32,000 nucleotides of DNA from Nitrososphaerota archaeon (GCA_016872055.1 VHBH01000004.1:45530-77529), one strand, 5' to 3'. Counted from the stretch's first letter, positions 8,903 to 15,236 are shown. The notes: generated by a model from the letters alone, not told the origin. Numbers and translations: made by a program.

Positions 8903-9469
8903 TTAGATTACTTGCCAGGGGCGAGTTGCGAATGTTATCACATAGCCAACGCCAATGATGATTGATTGATACATGATGTTGGTGTATGGAATTGCTTTTA
9001 GTATCGGCTCGCCGGTTACTACTACTGTTTGTCCTGGGCCTAATCCTGGTCCAACTTGAGCAACGTTGAGTTGAGTGTGTACGTGGTATACGCCTGGCTC
9101 TAATGCCTTTGCTCTGATTTCATAATCGAGTACGGCGTTACCTGGGATTTGAAAGACGTTTCCTGGTGGGGTTCTTGCAAGAATCTCCCATCTGTTACCT
9201 GCATTGGTGGACTCTGAGAATATAGAGTTCCAACCTCTGAGATCTCTTTCAACAAGACTTACGAACTTGCCAGCTAAGACTAGTTCTTCACCGGTTTGCA
9301 GTGATTGTCTGTTGAAGGTTTCATCTTCAATCTTTACGAAACGACTCTGTAGTTGTGCTTGAACACCGTGTGCCTCTGCAGTCTGTACCATTTGAACCAA
9401 ATTTGGACCAAGTGTACCGAGTGCCAAAATTACACTAAGTGCTAGTACGATTGTTTTCTTGTCGACCAT
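8903..9469 (-). CDS. amoB: Ammonia monooxygenase subunit B (archaeal type)
   Basis: The 188-aa protein is recognisably thaumarchaeal AmoB. Its signal peptide ends AEA-HG, leaving an N-terminal His as in PmoB/AmoB copper sites. It has a cupredoxin-like body and a C-terminal TM helix. Confidence 0.95.
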   Translation of the reverse strand: MVDKKTIVLALSVILALGTLGPNLVQMVQTAEAHGVQAQLQSRFVKIEDETFNRQSLQTGEELVLAGKFVSLVERDLRGWNSIFSESTNAGNRWEILARTPPGNVFQIPGNAVLDYEIRAKALEPGVYHVHTQLNVAQVGPGLGPGQTVVVTGEPILKAIPYTNIMYQSIIIGVGYVITFATRPWQVI

Positions 9470-9548
9470 AGTTATCCCGTTAATTAATCATCGACCCACA
9501 TAGAATGATATATGTTTTACCGTTTTAATCAGTAGTGAAAGTTAATAC

Positions 9549-9569
9549 GATCAATCCATGGTATTGATC
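9549..9569. promoter_or_regulatory. Inverted repeat GATCAAT-N7-ATTGATC in the amoB/amoC divergent intergenic region
   Basis: GATCAAT (9549-9555) and ATTGATC (9563-9569) are perfect reverse complements. The spacer contains the palindrome CCATGG. Each arm carries a GATC. Confidence 0.5.
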
Positions 9570-9578
9570 TAATTGTTA

Positions 9579-9598
9579 AACATCAATGTTGAACATTG
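9579..9598. promoter_or_regulatory. Overlapping palindromes AACAT-CA-ATGTT-G-AACAT-TG (includes the perfect 7-1-7 palindrome CAATGTTGAACATTG)
   Basis: CAATGTT (9584-9590) and AACATTG (9592-9598) are perfect reverse complements. AACAT (9579-9583) also pairs with ATGTT (9586-9590). Confidence 0.5.
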
Positions 9599-9720
9599 GA
9601 AATATGGATTTTTGTACCTATAAAAATTCTTATTTCAAGTATTTATCATATAATTCTAATACATATTATCAGTAATTTTTATAAAAATTTCAATAAAACT
9701 GGCTAAAAATAAACTCATGT

Positions 9721-9728
9721 TTTATATA
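9721..9728 (+). promoter_or_regulatory. amoC TATA box (TTTATATA)
   Basis: It lies 23 nt upstream of the amoC ATG at 9751. This spacing recurs across the window and implies a leaderless transcript. Confidence 0.7.
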
Positions 9729-9750
9729 TTGAAAATTACCATTCTGTGTC

Positions 9751-10314
9751 ATGGCACAGATGCCGGCACTAATCCCAAAAGAAGTTGAGATTCAGAGACT
9801 AAAGAAAATCTGGCTCATCGTTATTGCAATGGGATCCACAGCAGCATCCGTGGAAGTAGACAACTTCGTAGATGGTTCCTTACATCAAACCTCTATCAGA
9901 GACTCTGCATTCACACCAGCACACTGGTGGCTCTACTCACACTTTGTGGCACTACCACTAGGTTGGGGTTCAGTTGCAATCTATGATAGAAAGGTACCAG
10001 TACTCAGAGGTCCAAACAACTCCATGAACACAGGCTTAAAGATGACCATTCTAGGTTACCTGGCAACCATGTTCACAATCGGGGTCAATGAAATGTGGCA
10101 CTTCTGGTTCGTAGAGGAAATCTTCGCAGTTCCAAACCACTGGATGTTCAACATGGGTGTAGTAGTAGCATTCATGGGTGCTCTAGCATACGTCGTAAGA
10201 GTCTATGCTAGACTTGTCGAACTAGGTGCAGAAACACCAGGTGAGAACCCATATGTTGCAGAAATGTACAAGATGGCCTTAGAAGGCAAACTGTACAGTA
10301 GAGCAATCCCATAA
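9751..10314 (+). CDS. amoC: Ammonia monooxygenase subunit C (archaeal type)
   Basis: The 187-aa polytopic membrane protein (MAQMPALIPKEVEIQRLKKIW...HWWLYSHF...) is recognisably thaumarchaeal AmoC. Confidence 0.95.
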   Translation: MAQMPALIPKEVEIQRLKKIWLIVIAMGSTAASVEVDNFVDGSLHQTSIRDSAFTPAHWWLYSHFVALPLGWGSVAIYDRKVPVLRGPNNSMNTGLKMTILGYLATMFTIGVNEMWHFWFVEEIFAVPNHWMFNMGVVVAFMGALAYVVRVYARLVELGAETPGENPYVAEMYKMALEGKLYSRAIP

Positions 10315-10339
10315 AACTCTCTTTTTCTCTTTATTTTTC
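10315..10339 (+). terminator. amoC oligo-T terminator (AACTCTCTTTTTCTCTTTATTTTTC)
   Basis: Two T5 tracts lie directly after the stop codon. Archaeal termination uses oligo-T signals. Confidence 0.6.
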
Positions 10340-10371
10340 AAGATCGACTCAGCCCGACATTTTAAGAAAGA

Positions 10372-10379
10372 CTTAAAAG
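10372..10379 (+). promoter_or_regulatory. amoX TATA-like box (CTTAAAAG)
   Basis: It lies 24 nt upstream of the amoX ATG at 10403. Confidence 0.5.
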
Positions 10380-10402
10380 CCAACTATCGATTACAATTTC
10401 AA

Positions 10403-10768
10403 ATGACTCTACCAAAAGGATTTGGTTCAGGCGGCGGCTCCGGCGGAGCATCAAGTGCCGATGTAGAGAAGATGATTGGCAGACGTGTAGAAAACATGAC
10501 TGGCATAATCACCCTTTCGTATATTGCAGCTTGGCTAGCGACCTTTGCCGGAACAGCAGTTGGATATTTCTATTATCCATGGGCTTATCCAACACCAAGC
10601 GGTCACTATGCATTCATAGTCCTGACAATCATCGAAGCAATTGGCTATCTCTTCTGTGTTAAAGTAATGGAAGAAGGTACCAAGAAGAAGAGCAATGCAA
10701 TTGTAGGTGCAACATTAGGCGCAACCGCTGTTGGAACAGTTTTCATCGCCATGTTCATCGGAACATAG
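10403..10768 (+). CDS. amoX: AmoX, small membrane protein conserved between amoC and amoA in archaeal ammonia oxidisers
   Basis: It is 121 aa with a Gly/Ser-rich N-terminus and hydrophobic helices. It occupies the canonical position between amoC and amoA. Confidence 0.85.
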   Translation: MTLPKGFGSGGGSGGASSADVEKMIGRRVENMTGIITLSYIAAWLATFAGTAVGYFYYPWAYPTPSGHYAFIVLTIIEAIGYLFCVKVMEEGTKKKSNAIVGATLGATAVGTVFIAMFIGT

Positions 10769-10781
10769 ACAAGTTCCTCAA

Positions 10782-10802
10782 CTTTTTCCTATTTTCATTT
10801 TT
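10782..10802 (+). terminator. amoX oligo-T terminator
   Basis: T tracts at 10783-10787, 10792-10795 and 10798-10802 follow the stop codon. Confidence 0.5.
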
Positions 10803-10860
10803 AAATTCTCTCTAGGCATTCCTGATCGCGCCGTTTACTATGCCGATAATTGTCTAAAAT

Positions 10861-10868
10861 TTTATATA
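10861..10868 (+). promoter_or_regulatory. amoA TATA box (TTTATATA, preceded by an A-rich BRE-like AAAA)
   Basis: It lies 24 nt upstream of ATG 10892. The octamer is identical to the amoC TATA box. Confidence 0.7.
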
Positions 10869-10891
10869 CTCACCACTGCCCTAACCGGTTA

Positions 10892-11542
10892 ATGGTCTGG
10901 CTTAGACGATGTACGCACTACTTATTCATAGTAGTCGTAGCAGTCAACTCAACCCTGCTTACAATTAACGCAGGAGACTACATCTTCTACACTGACTGGG
11001 CATGGACTTCGTTTGTCGTGTTCTCAATATCACAGACATTGATGTTGGTGGTAGGTGCAACTTACTATCTGACATTTACCGGAGTTCCAGGAACCGCAAC
11101 ATACTACGCGCTGATTATGACCGTCTATACATGGATCGCAAAAGGCGCATGGTTTGCACTCGGTTACCCATATGACTTCATTGTTACACCAGTTTGGTTA
11201 CCATCAGCAATGCTGATTGACCTAGCATACTGGGCTACAAAGAAGAACAAGCACTCACTGATACTATTCGGTGGTGTGATGTGTGGAATGTCACTTCCAT
11301 TGTTCAACATGGTAAATCTCATTACCGTGGCTGATCCATTGGAGACTGCTTTCAAATACCCAAGACCAACATTGCCTCCATACATGACTCCAATAGAACC
11401 CCAAGTGGGCAAGTTCTATAACAGTCCAGTTGCACTCGGTGCAGGCGCAGGTGCTGTATTATCAGTAACTTTTGCCGCTCTAGGATGTAAACTGAACACG
11501 TGGACGTATAGATGGATGGCAGCTTGGTCCAAGTGGGACTAA
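10892..11542 (+). CDS. amoA: Ammonia monooxygenase subunit A (archaeal type)
   Basis: MVWLRRCTHYLFIVVVAVNSTLLTINAGDYIFYTDWAWTSF... is the canonical 216-aa thaumarchaeal AmoA. The track start (TTG at 10850) lies upstream of the TATA box, so I reject it. Confidence 0.95.
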   Translation: MVWLRRCTHYLFIVVVAVNSTLLTINAGDYIFYTDWAWTSFVVFSISQTLMLVVGATYYLTFTGVPGTATYYALIMTVYTWIAKGAWFALGYPYDFIVTPVWLPSAMLIDLAYWATKKNKHSLILFGGVMCGMSLPLFNMVNLITVADPLETAFKYPRPTLPPYMTPIEPQVGKFYNSPVALGAGAGAVLSVTFAALGCKLNTWTYRWMAAWSKWD

Positions 11543-11550
11543 AATCCTAC

Positions 11551-11578
11551 AACTCTCTTTTCTCTTGTTTTTTATTTT
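11551..11578 (+). terminator. amoA oligo-T terminator (AACTCTCTTTTCTCTTGTTTTTTATTTT)
   Basis: A pyrimidine-rich stretch with T4, T6 and T4 tracts starts 9 nt after the stop. It shares the AACTCTCTTTT core with the amoC terminator. Confidence 0.6.
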
Positions 11579-11670
11579 GTCTTGCCAAGAGGCTTGATTA
11601 ACAAATATTGTACATCTTGTGATCTTTTGTTGTCTTGTATCGGGATATGATTTGGTAGAATCTTGTATTA

Positions 11671-12525
11671 TTGAGCCAGCACCAGATACTCTCAGCAGAA
11701 CCCAAGCCATTTGTCAAGTGGGCGGGAGGAAAAAGGCAACTAATCTCTGCAATTGACAGGCATATCCCGTCTGAATTTTGCACATATTTTGAGCCGTTTT
11801 TGGGAGGTGGGGCTGTACTATTCCATTTATTGAGCAAAAATCCTACCATGAAATGCAAAGTCTCTGATTTGAATTCTGACTTGGTCTTGGCTTATGTTAC
11901 AATTCGAGACAAAGTGAACGAGCTGATTTCATCACTGGAAAACCATGCAAAAAACTATCACAAAAATCCAGACTCTTATTATTATTGCATAAGGGAGAGC
12001 GAGCCGACAGGCCAGATTGACAAGGTCTCGCGATTACTATTCCTCAATAGGACCTGCTTTAATGGACTGTATCGAGTAAACAGCAAGGGAAAGTTCAATG
12101 TACCGCTTGGCAGATATTCCAATCCAAACATTGTAAATGAGGAAAACCTAGTTACTGTAAGCCATATTTTACAATCAAAAAAAATTCAAATCAACTGTCG
12201 CGACTTTACCGCAATCCTATCGGATGCCAAGAAAGGCGATTTTGTGTACTTTGATCCACCATACCAACCAGTAAGCAATACTGCAAACTTTACCAGCTAT
12301 ACGAATAAGGATTTTACCTATTCTGACTTGGAAAATCTAGTTGAAGTGTCTGAAAAGCTCATAGATAGGGGCTGCAAGGTTTTGCACTCCAATTCTAATT
12401 CTAAGGAAGTAAAAGACCTATTCTCAAAGAACTGGAAGGTAATCGAGGTTGCTGCCAATAGAGCCATAAACTCGGATTCTGCAAAAAGGACAGGCCAAAA
12501 GGAACTACTCATCAAAAATTATTAG
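11671..12525 (+). CDS. dam: Dam-family (D12 class) N6-adenine DNA methyltransferase, orphan
   Basis: Its motifs are KWAGGKRQL, the SAM motif EPFLGGGAV, NRTCFNGLYRVNSKGKFNVPLG and the catalytic DPPY. TTG at 11671 is the only possible start after the in-frame TAG at 11656. No nuclease gene is adjacent. Confidence 0.85.
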   Translation: MSQHQILSAEPKPFVKWAGGKRQLISAIDRHIPSEFCTYFEPFLGGGAVLFHLLSKNPTMKCKVSDLNSDLVLAYVTIRDKVNELISSLENHAKNYHKNPDSYYYCIRESEPTGQIDKVSRLLFLNRTCFNGLYRVNSKGKFNVPLGRYSNPNIVNEENLVTVSHILQSKKIQINCRDFTAILSDAKKGDFVYFDPPYQPVSNTANFTSYTNKDFTYSDLENLVEVSEKLIDRGCKVLHSNSNSKEVKDLFSKNWKVIEVAANRAINSDSAKRTGQKELLIKNY

Positions 12526-12529
12526 AATG

Positions 12530-12603
12530 AGCTTCGAACGGGATCCGAACCCGCGACCTTTACCTTACCAAGGTAACGCTCTACCAGGCTGAGCTATCGA
12601 AGC
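12530..12603 (-). tRNA. tRNA-Thr (GGU)
   Basis: Hand-folded cloverleaf: acceptor GCTTCGA/TCGAAGC, D arm GCTC...GAGC, anticodon stem TTACC/GGTAA with loop TTGGTAA, and T arm GCGGG TTCGGAT CCCGT. TATA TATAATTA (12629-12636) lies 26 nt upstream. The 3' end is 5 nt from the dam stop. Confidence 0.85.
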
Positions 12604-12697
12604 GATAATTTTTTGCTCAATCAAATCCTAATTATACTTACTTGAGATAATCTGCAAAAACACCAACTGTTAAATTTCAGCCAGATTTAGCTATTTT

Positions 12698-12822
12698 GCA
12701 GGAGTAGCCGAGCCTGGCCAAAGTAAGCAACAAAAATTGCTTTTGGATGCGCGGGACTTAAGATCTAATAATGGGTGATCCCGTCTCTTAGGGGTTCGTG
12801 GGTTCAAATCCCACCTCCTGCA
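12698..12822 (+). tRNA. tRNA-Leu (UAA) with two introns: D-arm intron about 12724-12748 and canonical 37/38 intron about 12763-12777
   Basis: Removing the 25-nt and 15-nt inserts gives GCAGGAGTAGCCGAGCCTGGCCAAAGGCGCGGGACTTAAGATCCCGTCTCTTAGGGGTTCGTGGGTTCAAATCCCACCTCCTGCA. That is a canonical archaeal class II tRNA-Leu with a long variable arm. TATA GTTAAATT (12669-12676) lies 22 nt upstream, and a T7 tract follows the 3' end. Confidence 0.85.
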
Positions 12823-12829
12823 CCTTTTT

Positions 12830-13216
12830 TTATTTAGGGTGTTTGATTCCACGAGAATTCAAAACTTCGTAGATATCTGGTAGTGAAAACACATAGCCAA
12901 CATGGACACAGTCTTTTTGCTCGCAAAGCTGACAGAACAGCTCGCCCTTTTGGATTGCGACTTCGGCAATTCTGTTCTTGATATTGTCTTTTAGCACAAC
13001 CCGGTCGTCGTCCACTGCAACTTTTTCAATCTTTGGAGCATATCTTGCAAAGGTCTTGTCCTTTTGCATTGTCTCCTCTAGCATGTAAGTTACATAACCT
13101 GAAAAGCTGTTAATGCCCTTCATTACTAGTTCGGACTTGTTCTTTTCAAATACGTCAAAGAACTTATCGTATACTTCTTCGGAGACAGTAATGGATTTGA
13201 AACCTGCTTTTGGCAT
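12830..13216 (-). CDS. Ribbon-helix-helix (CopG/Arc-like) DNA-binding protein with a C-terminal Cys/His cluster
   Basis: It is 128 aa. The N-terminus KSITVSEEVYDKFFDVFEK fits the RHH strand-helix pattern. The C-terminal part carries CQLCEQKDCVH (C-x2-C-x5-C-x-H). It is divergent from the wHTH regulator gene. Confidence 0.6.
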   Translation of the reverse strand: MPKAGFKSITVSEEVYDKFFDVFEKNKSELVMKGINSFSGYVTYMLEETMQKDKTFARYAPKIEKVAVDDDRVVLKDNIKNRIAEVAIQKGELFCQLCEQKDCVHVGYVFSLPDIYEVLNSRGIKHPK

Positions 13217-13325
13217 TTTACTTACCTATTACCGTACTTTAAGGTACTCTATTATTTAACGTTTTTTGTAAGCGTGAAACTCACATTGATAGCATAAATA
13301 ATTAGGCTTGATAATAAAAGCGACT

Positions 13326-14207
13326 TTGGCAAAAGGGTATTCACTACAAAAAATACAAGAAAAGGTAATTGAGGTTTTATCCGATTCCAAGACTGGCTTG
13401 TCTGGAGTAGAGATTGCAGAAAAACTCAATGTCAATAGGGCCACAATGGCAAAATATCTCAATGTTTTTGCAGCAGAAGGATTAATTCGCCAAAAAAACA
13501 TTGGCAACGCAAATCTGTGGTTTGTGGACTTTGGAACCGAAACGCTCCAGTTTCCGGCAGACTACTATAGGGTCAAAGAAAAATTCCTAGAATATCTGAT
13601 TGTAAATGACCAACACCAGACATATCAATTAATTCGAAATTCATTTCATTCCGGAGCAGATACTACAACTCTGATAAACGAAGTGATCTTACCTGCAATT
13701 GTATCAATAGACGACTTGTATTTGAAAGCAAAAATTGGCACATCCGAGGCAAAAATGCTTCGCGGAATAATTACAAGTTCCATACAAATTCTAAATTCAC
13801 ATGATGAGCCAGATACAAAAAGAAACATAGTCTTGCTCTCAGCAGACTCATCCAGCGTTCTTTACTCACAGGCAGCATCTGCTGCACTTGCATCAAAGGG
13901 ATGGCAAATCTGGCAAGTTGGTGATGTGTCTGACTCTATTGGGGTCCTATTTGATCTTGACTTGCAGAAATTCATCACAAAAATCTGGAAGCAAAAACAA
14001 GGAGAAATGGTAATCACAATATTTTCCGCAACTGAAGAAGGAGCCAAATTTTTCTCAGAATCTGCAAGTTCTATCAAGTCAAAATTTGGCAAAAATCTTC
14101 ACATCGTGGTTCATTCCAGAACACAAAAACAAAGCACAAAGGCTGAATTTGCAAGCGAAAAACTAGATGCAGTCATACAATGGATAGATTCCATTTCTGG
14201 TTTGTAA
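13326..14207 (+). CDS. Winged-HTH regulator fused to a B12-binding-like (helical bundle plus flavodoxin-like) module lacking the DxHxxG His ligand
   Basis: The wHTH is LSGVEIAEKLNVNRATMAKYLNVFAAEGLIRQK. Next comes a helical segment resembling the B12-binding_2 cap (LINEVILPAIVSIDDLYLKAKIGTSEAKMLRGI). A Rossmann-like part follows: NIVLLSADSSSVLYSQAASAALASKGWQIWQVG ... MVITIFSAT ... LHIVVHS. I placed the start at TTG 13326 because TATA CATAAATA (13293-13300) lies about 25 nt upstream. The track's TTG at 13308 remains an alternative. Confidence 0.65.
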   Translation: MAKGYSLQKIQEKVIEVLSDSKTGLSGVEIAEKLNVNRATMAKYLNVFAAEGLIRQKNIGNANLWFVDFGTETLQFPADYYRVKEKFLEYLIVNDQHQTYQLIRNSFHSGADTTTLINEVILPAIVSIDDLYLKAKIGTSEAKMLRGIITSSIQILNSHDEPDTKRNIVLLSADSSSVLYSQAASAALASKGWQIWQVGDVSDSIGVLFDLDLQKFITKIWKQKQGEMVITIFSATEEGAKFFSESASSIKSKFGKNLHIVVHSRTQKQSTKAEFASEKLDAVIQWIDSISGL

Positions 14208-14209
14208 AA

Positions 14210-14303
14210 TGGTGGGCCGAGAGAGATTCGAACTCTCGACCTTTCGATGTCTGAAAGATTATTTTATCAGTCGAACGCTCCAGCCAAGCTGAGCTACCGG
14301 CCC
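14210..14303 (-). tRNA. tRNA-Ile (GAU) with a 16-nt canonical intron (about 14249-14264) and genomically encoded CCA
   Basis: The reverse complement reads GGGCCGGTAGCTCAGCTTGGCTGGAGCGTTCGACTGATA[AAATAATCTTTCAGAC]ATCGAAAGGTCGAGAGTTCGAATCTCTCTCGGCCCACCA. The anticodon loop is CTGATAA. TATA CTTTTAAG (14326-14333) lies 23 nt upstream. Confidence 0.85.
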
Positions 14304-14340
14304 TAAAAAAATCAAATAAAACGGACTTAAAAGTGTGTGG

Positions 14341-14892
14341 TCAGTTCTTCCATTTTATGGAGCAACCAATCGATGGATCAAAATCTTTTGGAATTGGTTG
14401 ACCTGCAAGTAATTTCTCTACGGTTGTAACCATTGTTTTTTCAGTAGCCTTATCCTCAGGCTTCATCGCGTTGTCTATTTTTCCATGAAACACTAGCTTA
14501 CGTTCCTTGTTGAACAAAAACGGATCTGGTGTGCAAACTGCCCCGTATTTTTTTGCTATCTGCTGTGTTTCATCTACCAAATACCAAAATGAAATTCCTT
14601 TCTGCTTTGCAAATTCCTTCATGCTATCAAAACTGTCGTCTGGATATGCAACTGCGTCATTACTGTTGATTCCAACTACTGCCAGCTTTCCTTTGAACTT
14701 GTTTTGGACTTCGTTTATTGCATCAACCTTTGCCTTGACATATGGACAATGGTTACACATGAAAATTACAAGAAGTGCATCATAGTCTTTGAAGCTAGCA
14801 AGTGAGTGATTTTTGTCGTCTACTCCCAAAAGATCAAAGTCTGGAGCAGAATCGTCCTTTCTGAGTACTACTTGGGATTCCATTAAGACCAT
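14341..14892 (-). CDS. Thioredoxin-fold thiol-disulfide oxidoreductase (AhpC/TSA-redoxin family)
   Basis: It is 183 aa with the motif MCNHCPYV (CxxC) and the conserved context INSNDAVAYPDDS ... CTPDPFLF typical of this redoxin family. TATA TTTTATTT (14914-21) lies 22 nt upstream. Confidence 0.8.
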   Translation of the reverse strand: MVLMESQVVLRKDDSAPDFDLLGVDDKNHSLASFKDYDALLVIFMCNHCPYVKAKVDAINEVQNKFKGKLAVVGINSNDAVAYPDDSFDSMKEFAKQKGISFWYLVDETQQIAKKYGAVCTPDPFLFNKERKLVFHGKIDNAMKPEDKATEKTMVTTVEKLLAGQPIPKDFDPSIGCSIKWKN

Positions 14893-14978
14893 GTTGTGCG
14901 CAATTTGTTTTGCAAATAAAAATTCTTGCCTATATCAAGGACAACAATTAAAATCTGCACGACAAAGCAACTCTCTAA

Positions 14979-15050
14979 GGGCTGATAGTTCAGGGGTAGA
15001 ATGCTCGCCTTGCACGCGAGAGGTCAGGGGTTCAAATCCCCTTCAGTCCA
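14979..15050 (+). tRNA. tRNA-Ala (UGC)
   Basis: The acceptor GGGCTGA/TCAGTCC includes the G3:U70 alanine identity pair. The anticodon stem is CTCGC/GCGAG with loop CTTGCAC, and the T arm is AGGGG TTCAAAT CCCCT. TATA ATTAAAAT (14947-14954) lies 25 nt upstream. Confidence 0.9.
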
Positions 15051-15122
15051 TACATCGATCTTTTTTGCAAATCTGGGCTTGAGAGATGGATTTAAATATG
15101 ATATTTAGGGTGGAATATTGAA

Positions 15123-15236
15123 ATGGCAGCAGCATATTCATCCGAAGCAATCGCTGTATGGATACCACTGATAGTCGGTTTAGCTCCAGGCTTAGTTTAC
15201 TGGTTCGTTATCACCGGCATGAGAAATAAAAAATAA
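15123..15236 (+). CDS. Unannotated 37-aa single-TM micro-protein (MAAAYSSEAIAVWIPLIVGLAPGLVYWFVITGMRNKK)
   Basis: It is below the ORF-track size cut-off. TATA TTTAAATA (15091-15098) lies 25 nt upstream of the ATG, and a T-rich terminator-like stretch follows the TAA. It has one clear hydrophobic helix with a basic C-terminus. Confidence 0.45.
   Translation: MAAAYSSEAIAVWIPLIVGLAPGLVYWFVITGMRNKK

Noticed and set aside
9549-10826. GATC sites in amo intergenic regions (9549, 9566, 10343, 10823) as Dam-dependent epigenetic switches
   Set aside because: For this base composition GATC is expected roughly once every 300 bp. The observed counts are therefore not enriched. The specificity of the adjacent methyltransferase is also unknown, so I kept this only as a remark.
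10850-10891. TTG-initiated 14-codon extension of amoA; an analogous 15-codon extension of uS15 lies at 7402-7446
   Set aside because: The extensions begin upstream of or across the TATA box. They add residues not present in the canonical AmoA (MVWLRR...) and uS15 (MGRVHT...) N-termini.
11480-11858. Minus-strand ORFs (76 and 86 aa) spanning the amoA 3' end, its terminator and the dam 5' end
   Set aside because: They overlap well-supported genes and the oligo-T terminator. They have no promoter context and look like chance frames.
13256-13507. 83-aa minus-strand ORF overlapping the start of the wHTH regulator gene
   Set aside because: It overlaps the divergent promoter region and the well-formed wHTH coding sequence. 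It is probably a shadow frame.
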